Source: an uncultured delta proteobacterium (lineage in GTDB: Bacteria; Myxococcota_A; Polyangia; Polyangiales; Houyiibacteriaceae). Taken from it: DNA of 64,000 bases. The stretch is taken from positions 224,001-288,000 of the forward strand of contig CAVOVB010000001.1 of assembly GCA_963699755.1 (NCBI GenBank). Reading direction: 5' to 3'. The notes under the pieces were generated by a model. The model had not been told where the DNA came from and made no database searches. It saw only the letters and a program-made list of their open reading frames with translations. Of the stretch, positions 1 through 8,700 are shown piece after piece (the stretch's first letter is position 1; every line of letters starts with the position of its first letter). The translations under genes and the position numbers were made by a program.

Positions 1-1047
1 GCCTTTTCGTTCTTCGAACATGGGGAGCGGCGAGAATAGGTTGAAGTCCTCGAATCCCGGACCGAGCGGATAGGCCGAGCGGAAGGTCGTACGGTTCAGG
101 CGTTCGGGGATGTCGATGATCAGGAGCTCGGCGCCTCCGTCTCGACTCACTTGGTCGATCTGTCTCAGGATTGCCAGCGTGAGACGCTCGGCGTAGCTGA
201 CGTCCTCTGCCGACTCTTCCGCCGTTTCTTGGCGCAGATCGGCCTCGGGTGCGGGTGCGGGTGCGGTGGGCTCCAGTTGCTTTGCCTGTGCAGCAGCCGA
301 CTGCGCATCACGGATGTCCGCCAGCACGGTCTTCACCGCCTCGCCGACCTTGTCACGGAACCAGTTGTAGAGCTGGCTATGCCCGGCGAGGAAACGGTAC
401 AGCGGGATGCGGAAGAGGATTTCGCGGCTCTTCACCGCAGGCAGGAAGGTCTCGGCGGCGCGTGTCAGCTTGCCATCCTGAAGGTCGAAGAGCCCGCTTC
501 GAACGTTGTCGTCTAGGTCGGTGCCGTGCCAGCCAATCAGAACCAGGTCGGGCTCGTACTTCATGCCTTCGGCCTGCAGCGCAACCAGCTCTTCCGCGTT
601 TCCGAATCCGGAAACCGCGAGGTTCACCAGCTCAACATCCTCGCCGGCCGCTCGGAGCCGTTCCACCATGACGTTGAGCAACATCTCGTCCGGGTGAGCG
701 CCATATCCCATCAGGAACGAGTCGCCGAGAGCAACGATCCGCTTCTTTGCGTTCGGTTTCTCGTATGGAATCTCTCGGTCGCTGCGGATGCCCTTGGAGT
801 TGGTTTGGATCTGGATCTCGTAGTCGGGCGTCGTGTGCGCATAGCTCTGATTCGGCATGTTCATGCGAACGCCATACTCGGCGCTCGCGATGTACCGGGG
901 CAGCATCGGAACCGGGGCATAGATTCGCAGGAACAGCTCGGACAGGAGCAGCACGAATGCGCAAAGCGCAACGTAGGTCAGGATGCGGCGCAGCCTCGAC
1001 GGCCCGCCGGATCTTGGATTCGAAGTCTTGGTGCGGTCAGAAGGCAA
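1..1047 (-). CDS. SGNH/GDSL-family hydrolase/O-acyltransferase with N-terminal TM anchor (3' end runs off the window)
   Basis: Not in the ORF track; translated by hand. Contains the TM segment ILTYVALCAFVLLLSELFLRI, TNSKGIRS, block I RIVALGDSF, block II NLAVSGFG and PDLVL..TDLDDN. Putative TTG start at 1047 follows AAGGAGGGG and overlaps the MBOAT stop. Confidence 0.8.
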   Translation of the reverse strand, partial: MPSDRTKTSNPRSGGPSRLRRILTYVALCAFVLLLSELFLRIYAPVPMLPRYIASAEYGVRMNMPNQSYAHTTPDYEIQIQTNSKGIRSDREIPYEKPNAKKRIVALGDSFLMGYGAHPDEMLLNVMVERLRAAGEDVELVNLAVSGFGNAEELVALQAEGMKYEPDLVLIGWHGTDLDDNVRSGLFDLQDGKLTRAAETFLPAVKSREILFRIPLYRFLAGHSQLYNWFRDKVGEAVKTVLADIRDAQSAAAQAKQLEPTAPAPAPEADLRQETAEESAEDVSYAERLTLAILRQIDQVSRDGGAELLIIDIPERLNRTTFRSAYPLGPGFEDFNLFSPLPMFEERKG

Positions 1048-2710
1048 AGTAGATGAACTCCCCTCCTTCGCTCGGGGCGAGAGCTAGGATCGACATGATG
1101 ATGAAGGTCCAGATCGCCACTCGAACGAGAAGCGGCCACTTCGCCATCGGATCCAGGGTGGCGTAACGCACCTGGAGGTACTGGAAGATAATCAAGGGGT
1201 GCGCGTAGAACAGGAGCGTCTTGAATTCCGCAAACGTTTCTGGGGAGCCATGGGGGTGCCCGAAGATCGAGAGCGTGAAGATCCTGATTGTCTCGAGGTT
1301 CTGCGCGCGGAAGATCAGCCAGCCGTAGAGCACGAAGCCGAACATCACGATTCCCTTCAAGAAGCCTTTTCCTCGGAAGTCGGGTAGGCGCCAGCCGCGT
1401 TCGTCGAAGAAACGGTAGAGCACCAGGATGGTCCCCTGGTACAGGCCCCAGATGACGAAATTCCAAGCTGCGCCGTGCCAGAGCCCGCCCAGAATCATCG
1501 TGATCATCAGATTGCGGTAGGTGCCGAGCGGCCCCGAACGATTCCCACCCAAGGGGATGTATAGATAGTCGCGCAGCCAGGTGGAAAGGCTGATGTGCCA
1601 TCGTTGCCAGAACTCGGATGGGTCCTTGGCGATGTAGGGCAGCCGGAAGTTGACCATGATGTCGAAGCCCATGAGCTTCGCGGTGCCACGCGCGATGTCG
1701 GAGTAGCCGGAGAAGTCGGCGTAGATTTGGACGGCGAACGCCAGGACGGCGACCAGAATCCGGAGACCGTCGTCGGGCACGATGCTGCTGGGATCCGCCC
1801 CATCGTACGGTCCGAACGTACCGTTGACGATCGCGGCGACGTTGTCGGCAATGACGACCTTCTTGTACATACCCCAAGCGATCAGCCACATACCCTGGCG
1901 GATTTGCTCCCAATCGAGCGAGCGGGGGCGGCGAAACTGCGGAAGCAGATTCTTTCCGCGCTCGATTGGCCCGGCCACGAGCTGCGGGAAGAACGAAAGA
2001 TACGCAGCGAAGTCGACGAGCGATTCGGTCGGCTCCACGTCGCGCCGGAACGTGTCGATCGTGTAGCTCATCGATTGGAACGTATAGAACGAGATTCCGA
2101 CCGGAAGCACGATGTCGAGCGTGAAGCGATCCGGCGTGAACCCAAGAGCGTTCTCGAACAAAACCGCGAAACTGTCCGCGAAGAAGTTGTAGTACTTGAA
2201 AAAGCCGAGGATCCCGAGATTGACGGTGATGCTGAGCGCGAGTGCGACACGCGCGCGGACGTCCCGTTCGAGTCGGATCATCACGAAATAGACGATGTTG
2301 GCGCCGATCAGCGCTGCCGTCGTGAGAAGAAAACCGCTCCAGCCCGCAAGGCTGCGCGGCAAAAGCCCGAGCAGGTCGAGCTCGGGCGAATCTCCGATCC
2401 ACAACGGGCTGAAGTCGAGCGCATCCCATCGCAGCGTCAAAAACAGAAGCGACGCCGTCATCAGATAGAGAGATGAAACGACGCGATGGCGGGCGCTCGA
2501 GGTGCCATTCCGAATGATGAGGGCCGTGTTGTAGTCGACGACCGTGGTGATCACGATGAGGAACAGGAATCGGATGTCCCACCAGCCGTAGAAGAAGTAG
2601 CTGCCTGCCAGAAGCAAGACGTTCTGCCAGCGATAGTGCTTCTGGAAGGCGAGGTAGAGGCCGTAGACCAGAACGAAGAAAACGAGGAACTCGACGCTGT
2701 TGAAGAGCAT
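1037..2710 (-). CDS. MBOAT family O-acyltransferase (AlgI/PatA/DltB-like)
   Basis: MLFNS start, LPVGISFYTFQSMSY, FFPQLVAGPIER, QIYADFSGYSDIA, FWQRWHISLSTWLRDYLYIPLGG, catalytic GLWHGA, C-terminal FIYFAF. Confidence 0.95.
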   Translation of the reverse strand: MLFNSVEFLVFFVLVYGLYLAFQKHYRWQNVLLLAGSYFFYGWWDIRFLFLIVITTVVDYNTALIIRNGTSSARHRVVSSLYLMTASLLFLTLRWDALDFSPLWIGDSPELDLLGLLPRSLAGWSGFLLTTAALIGANIVYFVMIRLERDVRARVALALSITVNLGILGFFKYYNFFADSFAVLFENALGFTPDRFTLDIVLPVGISFYTFQSMSYTIDTFRRDVEPTESLVDFAAYLSFFPQLVAGPIERGKNLLPQFRRPRSLDWEQIRQGMWLIAWGMYKKVVIADNVAAIVNGTFGPYDGADPSSIVPDDGLRILVAVLAFAVQIYADFSGYSDIARGTAKLMGFDIMVNFRLPYIAKDPSEFWQRWHISLSTWLRDYLYIPLGGNRSGPLGTYRNLMITMILGGLWHGAAWNFVIWGLYQGTILVLYRFFDERGWRLPDFRGKGFLKGIVMFGFVLYGWLIFRAQNLETIRIFTLSIFGHPHGSPETFAEFKTLLFYAHPLIIFQYLQVRYATLDPMAKWPLLVRVAIWTFIIMSILALAPSEGGEFIYFAF

Positions 2711-2715
2711 CTAGG

Positions 2716-3510
2716 TCAGAGCTCCGCTCTATCGAGGCCGCGCTCGAGCGCATCCGTCAAAAAGGGGGTCAGTCGTGCTGAGAGCGCCTGATACCCCGCC
2801 TCGTTGATGTGGAAATCGTCGACGATGAACTCGGCGCGCATGCGGCCTCGATCCGAGAAGATCCGATCGCAGTCGAAGACCCGCACGCCGGACTCGTCCA
2901 GCCTCCTCAGGCGCTGGTTGATGTCGGCCACAGCGGTCAGTGTCTCGTTCGACCAAATCGGATATCGGAGCGGGTGAACATCGCCGACCGGAAAGATCGT
3001 GAGCACCACCAGCGGGATGCCGCGGGCTTGGATTCGGTCGATGATCTCCCGCAGGTTGGCCCAGCAGTTATCGACGATTTCCTGCGAGCGGCTGCGAAAC
3101 ACGCCCATCGCCTTCAAGTCGTTGATTCCGGTCTCGAGGACGACCATCCTGGGCTCGCGCTCGATGATGTCAGCGTCCAGGCGTGCCAGGAGCTGAGCGG
3201 TCGTCTCCCCGTAGCGACCCAGGTTGAGCACCTGAAGGCCAGCAAGGCTCGGCGGCGCCGGCAAGGATGCGATCCGCGAATCACCTGCGAAGAGGAGGGC
3301 GAGCTTCGCCCGATCGGCGGCCGGCCCCGGGTTCCCGGGTGCCGGTGGCGGTCCGCTCTTCGCAAGGTCCAAGCGCAGCCAGAGATCCGCCCGGTAGGCC
3401 GATAGGGAGCGCGCCCCCTGCACGCCGGCGACGAAGATTGCGATGGCTGCGGCGACTAGACCGAGGCGCACCGGCGCGCTTTTCGAAGATTTGCCAGGCG
3501 ATGAGCTCAT
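2716..3510 (-). CDS. SGNH/GDSL lipase/acylhydrolase, N-terminally anchored
   Basis: FAGDSR (block I), NLGRYGETT (II), GIND (III), DDFH (V); hydrophobic N-terminus. Confidence 0.85.
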   Translation of the reverse strand: MSSSPGKSSKSAPVRLGLVAAAIAIFVAGVQGARSLSAYRADLWLRLDLAKSGPPPAPGNPGPAADRAKLALLFAGDSRIASLPAPPSLAGLQVLNLGRYGETTAQLLARLDADIIEREPRMVVLETGINDLKAMGVFRSRSQEIVDNCWANLREIIDRIQARGIPLVVLTIFPVGDVHPLRYPIWSNETLTAVADINQRLRRLDESGVRVFDCDRIFSDRGRMRAEFIVDDFHINEAGYQALSARLTPFLTDALERGLDRAEL

Positions 3511-3971
3511 TGTTTGGTCGCGTTGCGGGGGTAGCCGCGTCGAACGCCGTGTTTCAAGCTTAGCGAGCCCGGTGGATGCTGTACAAACTCCCGCTTCCTC
3601 ATCGCCAAGACCCGCCGGCGACCAGCTTGTGCGCAGCCCGATCAGGGGGCCACGTCGATGAGGAAATCAGCCGCTTTCGCATGATAGATTCGCAAATCGG
3701 CCGACGAGGAGCTCGCGTCGGATCAGGATCTGCTGGGCATCCTGGTTTCGGTCATCCGGCCAGAGGTCGTTGGCATGGAGCAGACCGTCGAGGTGGAAAT
3801 CGACCTGCCGAAGAGCCCGGGGATGACGCAACGCGCCAATTGTCCGCGTCTCTCATGCGAAGAGTCCAACGCGCGAGAATTGCAGAGGCGGATGCGGAGA
3901 TCATCTCTGCATTGATCCACGCCCGGATTTTCGACATAGGAGAGTTCAGGGCCTGCCGCAGGGCATCGCTG

Positions 3972-3986
3972 TGGCATGAAAGCTGC
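3972..3986 (+). promoter_or_regulatory. Putative sigma-54 -24/-12 promoter of the PKS operon
   Basis: TGGCATGAAAGCTGC = GG-N10-GC, close to the TGGCAC-N5-TTGC consensus, about 75 nt upstream of ATG 4062. Confidence 0.6.
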
Positions 3987-4061
3987 TCATCCGCAGCGCG
4001 CCCCTGCGAACCTGCAACCGATCGCGCAACATATGCGGCGGAGAAAAAGGGAGACCTCTTC

Positions 4062-5729
4062 ATGGCCCACGGCAGCAGCCTCGACGCGGAATCGCTCCGG
4101 CTCGTTCTCGATTCACTGGACGATTTCGCCAGGGCGAACCTGAGCGATGAAAAGCTCCTCGAGCTCGACGAGAAGGACATCTTTCCCGAAGAGCTCGTGC
4201 GGGCGATCGGCAGTGAGGAGCTCGGCGTGCAGCTGGTGTTCATCCCCGAAGAGCACGGCGGGATGGGCGGTGGTGCCTTCGACGTCTACCGTGTCTGTGA
4301 GGCCATGGCTCGAATCGACGTCGGTCTGGCGACCGGCGTCTTGGCGACCTTTCTCGGTAGCGATCCGATCGTCTTCGGGGGTACCGCCGAGCAGAAGGAG
4401 TACTGGCTGAGCCGCATCGCTGAAGAGGGATTGCTGATGGCCTACGGGGCGACCGAGCCCGCTGCCGGCAGTGACCTCGCGGCGCTCAAGACAGTCGCCG
4501 TACCCGTCGAAAAGGACGGGCAGGTCGTCGGGTACGAAATCACAGGGAACAAGCAGTGGATCTCCAACGGCGGTCGAGCGGATGTCTACACGGTGCTCGC
4601 GAAAGCGCCCGGCGGGCCGACCTGGTTCGTGGTGGAGCGAGGGGCTGAAGGCTTTACGTCAGGCAAACCAGAGGACAAGCACGGGATCCGGCTGAGCAAC
4701 ACCACGGCGCTCATCCTCGAAAACGTCTACGTCGATGCCGATCGGCTCGTCGGGCTCGAAGAGGGTCAGGGATTGCGGCAGGCGCAGCTCGTCTTCGGCT
4801 TCACGCGACTCATGGTGGCGGCCTTCGGTCTCGGCGCGGGCTGGGCGGCACTCGACCGGACGATTCAATACTCGACCGAACGGATTCAAGGCGGCTCGCC
4901 GCTCTCGGAAAAGCAGGGCTACACGCACAAGCTGATCATTCCTCATGCGGTACGTCTCGAGGCAGCGCGCGCCTACATCGAGCAAACGGCCGAGGCCATC
5001 GACAAGGGCGGCGACGAGCTCCTGAATACCGAAGGCGCGATCGCCAAGTACCTAGCCACCGAGGCCGGAAACGCCGCAGCGGAAGCAGCGATTCAAGGTC
5101 ACGGCGGCTACGGGTACACCAAGGAGTACATGGTCGAGAAGATCAAGCGCGACGTACGCATCACGACGATCTACGAAGGCACTTCGGAGATCATGGAGAT
5201 GACGATCGGTCGCGATCGCTGGCAGCTGCACCTCAAGACGCGGGGCCAGCACTACCACGATCTCGGGCGGCGGCTCGAAGGGGTACACCGCGAACATCCC
5301 GAGGCCGGCGCCGGCATCGCCGCTTTGGGAGCGCACGCTCTTGCGGAAATCATGGAGCGTGCGCGCGCCAAACGGCTCACGCGCAATCAGCACGTGCTTT
5401 TTCGGATTGGGGAGCTGGCTTCCTATGTGGAAGGCGCGGCGGCGTTTGCTCGCCGAGCGGTCCGCGCAGAGGTCGACGCGCTCGACCCGAAGGCCCCAAA
5501 ACGATTTTCCCCTCCGGCGCTCGCCGCGATGGCTCGAGTCTTTGCACGCGAAGCCGCTCAGCACGTTGCCATAGACGGCATGCGCTGGATCGTGGGTGCC
5601 GAGGACCCAGGAGATGCGGACAGCCAATCGCTCGAAGCGAGCGCAGGACTGTCCAAAGTTTATGCAGCCCAGGTGGGGTTGATCGATGACATGAATCAAG
5701 TGGGGGATGCGCTCTATGAGCGCTCCTGA
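4062..5729 (+). CDS. Acyl-CoA dehydrogenase family protein with C-terminal extension
   Basis: [47 protein letters not shown]. Start moved from 3576 to ATG 4062 (RBS AAGGGAG). Confidence 0.92.
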   Translation: MAHGSSLDAESLRLVLDSLDDFARANLSDEKLLELDEKDIFPEELVRAIGSEELGVQLVFIPEEHGGMGGGAFDVYRVCEAMARIDVGLATGVLATFLGSDPIVFGGTAEQKEYWLSRIAEEGLLMAYGATEPAAGSDLAALKTVAVPVEKDGQVVGYEITGNKQWISNGGRADVYTVLAKAPGGPTWFVVERGAEGFTSGKPEDKHGIRLSNTTALILENVYVDADRLVGLEEGQGLRQAQLVFGFTRLMVAAFGLGAGWAALDRTIQYSTERIQGGSPLSEKQGYTHKLIIPHAVRLEAARAYIEQTAEAIDKGGDELLNTEGAIAKYLATEAGNAAAEAAIQGHGGYGYTKEYMVEKIKRDVRITTIYEGTSEIMEMTIGRDRWQLHLKTRGQHYHDLGRRLEGVHREHPEAGAGIAALGAHALAEIMERARAKRLTRNQHVLFRIGELASYVEGAAAFARRAVRAEVDALDPKAPKRFSPPALAAMARVFAREAAQHVAIDGMRWIVGAEDPGDADSQSLEASAGLSKVYAAQVGLIDDMNQVGDALYERS

Positions 5730-5747
5730 CGGACGAGGAGCCCGCAG

Positions 5748-8700
5748 ATGCGAGACAAAGTACATCGAGCGATAGCCATCGTCGGAGTTGGCGCGGTGCT
5801 GCCCGACGCACAGAATGCCGATGAATTCTGGAACAACGTATCGACGGGCCGCTACAGTATCAGCGAGACCCCGGTCGATCGATGGGATCCGTCCCTCTAC
5901 TACGACCCCGATCCGAAGGCCCCGGACAAGACCTACTCGAAGATCGGCGGCTGGGTCCGCGACTTCGACTGGGATCCACTCAAGTGGAGGCTTCCGATTC
6001 CGCCCAAGGTCGCAGACTCGATGGATCGGACGCAGAAGTGGTCGATCATGTCGGCCCGGGAAGCCTTGTTGGACTACGGCTACCCGGAGCGTCCGCTCGA
6101 CGGCGACCGGACGGCGGTGATCCTCGGCAACGCGATGGCCGGCGACCAGCACTACAAGACCGCGCTTCGCATTTTCTTCCCCGAGTTCACCCGTGAGCTG
6201 GATGGCGCAGAGAGCTTTCAGGCGCTTCCGCAGTCGGTCAGGGCCGCGATCGTCGAAGAGACGATGGGGCGAATGCGAGAGCACTTCCCGAGCATCAGCG
6301 AGGACACGATGCCGGGCGAGCTGGCGAACATCATCGCTGGTCGCGTCGCTGCGGTGTTCAACTTCCACGGCCCAAACTTCACCGCCGACGCGGCCTGCGC
6401 ATCGGCAATGGCCGCCTTCAGCGCGGCGATCTCGGGCCTCGAAGAGGGCGACTACGATGCAGTGCTGACCGGCGCTGTCGACAGCAACATGAGCGCATCG
6501 AGCTACACGAAGTTCTGCAAGATCGGTGCGCTCTCGGCGACCGGAACACGACCGTATGATCAAGGCGCAGACGGCTTCGTGATGGGCGAAGGGGCGGCGG
6601 TCTTCCTGCTGAAGCGGTTGGAAGACGCCGAGGAGGCCGGCGATAAGATCTACGCCGTGGTTCGGGGAATCGGAGGGTCGAGCGACGGCAAGGGCAAGGG
6701 GATCACCGCGCCCAACCCCATTGGGCAAAAATTCGCCATCGAACGGGCCTGGGCGCATGCCGGCGAAGATCTAGCAACGGTGAGCCTGATCGAAGGCCAC
6801 GGTACCTCGACACGGGTGGGTGATGTGGTCGAGGTGCAGAGCATGGTCGACGCGTTCGCCGGTGCTGGCGTACCCAACTCGAGCATTCCGATCGGCTCGG
6901 TGAAGTCGAACATCGGGCACCTCAAGGGAGCCGCCGGAGCGGCCGGCCTCCTAAAGGCCGCCCTCGCGCTGCACCACAAGCAGTTGCCGCCGAGCATCGG
7001 GCTCCGGACCCCCAACCCCAAGATCGGCTTCGGCCAGATCCCCTTCTACGTCAACACGGAGCTCCTGCCTTGGGACGACTACAAAGAGGTCCGCAGGGTC
7101 GGCGTGAGCGCCTTCGGCTTCGGAGGAACGAACTTCCATGCGGTCCTCGAAGAGCACGTGCCGGGAAGGATTGAGCGCAAGAATCGAACCTCCGTTGCGG
7201 TGCCATCGGGGTCCGCTCTACCGCTGGCTTCCGGCGGCGTTCCGATGGCGGATAAGGCGCCGTTGCGTGGTTCGCTGGTGCTCGGCGCAGGCTCGACGGC
7301 GGAGCTAGCGATCAAGCTCGAAGCGGTGCTCGAAGAGGCGAAGACAGGGCACGCGCCCGATCGCAAGCCACCAGAAGCTTCCGATCTCAAGGCCGTAGAG
7401 CGTATCGCCATCGACTTTGGCGACGCCGCCGAGCTCGCAAAGAAGGCCACGAACGCCCTCAAGGGGCTCCGCGCAGGCAACGCTGCGATCTGGAAGGCGC
7501 TCCGGCCGCAGGGCATCTTCCATCAAACCGGCCCGGCGCCGAAGACCGCGTTCCTCTACACCGGTCAGGGCTCCCAGTACGTGAACATGTTGCGCGAGCT
7601 TCGCGAGGTGGAGCCGATCGTGGCCGACACCTTCCGGGAAGCCGACGAGGTGATGAAGCCGCTCCTCGGCCAACCTCTGAGCGAGATTGTTTTCGTGGAC
7701 CCGAGCGACCAGGCTGCCTTGGCCGAGGCTGACGAGGCGCTTCGTCAGACCGCGATCACGCAGCCCGCCGTGCTGGCAACCGACTTGGCGCTCACCCGAT
7801 TGCTGGCGGCCTATGGCGTCACGCCGGACATGGTCATGGGACACAGCCTCGGGGAGTACGGTGCACTGGTGGCGAGCGGTGCCCTCGGTTTTCGGGAGGC
7901 GCTCGAAGCGGTCAGCGCGCGCGGCCGCGAGATGACCAAGGTCTCGGTTGATGACAACGGCTTGATGGCTGCAGTTCTCGCGCCGATCGATGAGGTTCAG
8001 GCCATCGTGAGCTCACTCGATGGCTATGTCGTCATCGCCAACATCAATAGCTTCGGCCAGTCAGTCATCGGCGGGACGACGCCTGGCGTGACGGCGGCGG
8101 TGGAGGCGATCTCCAAGGCGGGATATCAGGCGATCCCCTTGCCGGTGAGCCATGCGTTCCATACCAAGGTGGTCGCCCCAGCGAGCGAACCGCTCATGAA
8201 AGAGCTGGCTCGCCTCGGCGTCGAATCCCCGAAGATCCCGATCGTCGCGAATGTGAGCGGCGAGTTCTATCCGATGGGTCCGAACGTGGCAGCGGAGATG
8301 ATCGAGATCCTCGGCCAGCAAATCGCTTCGCCGGTGCAGTTCGTCAAAGGTCTAGAGACTCTATACGACGCCGGGGCGCGTATCTTCGTCGAAGTCGGTC
8401 CGAAATCGGCGCTGGCTCGCTTCGCCGATGATGTGCTGGGCAGCAAGTCCGACACCCTTTCTTTGTTCACCAACCATCCGAAGATCGGCGATGTTCCGGC
8501 GTTCAACGCCGCGCTCACCGGTCTTTATGCGAGCGGGCACGGCGCTCCGAGAAGCGAACGGAGGGCGCCGGAGCTGAGCAACGACGGGGTGCCCCGGCGC
8601 GTGGCGATACCTAGCGCACCGCCCGCACCGCTCCGGGCCCCCGCAGCAATGCGTCCTGCGCGTCGGGCTGCCTCGGTGACGGCTGGGGGCGACCGCTATG

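Noticed and set aside
978..2753. 591-aa alternative-frame ORF over the MBOAT gene, and similar long shadow ORFs (5052-6758, 13092-16268, 42752-44320, 24018-25175)
   Set aside because: They overlap well-supported genes, have Arg/Ala/Ser/Pro-biased composition and no motifs; expected in high-GC DNA.
3877..3888. 12-mer GAATTGCAGAGG shared with 58663-58674
   Set aside because: One shared 12-mer among intergenic regions is near chance expectation; no further similarity.
3576..4061. N-terminal extension of the acyl-CoA dehydrogenase in the ORF track
   Set aside because: No ACAD similarity; the RBS and sigma-54 motif point to ATG 4062.
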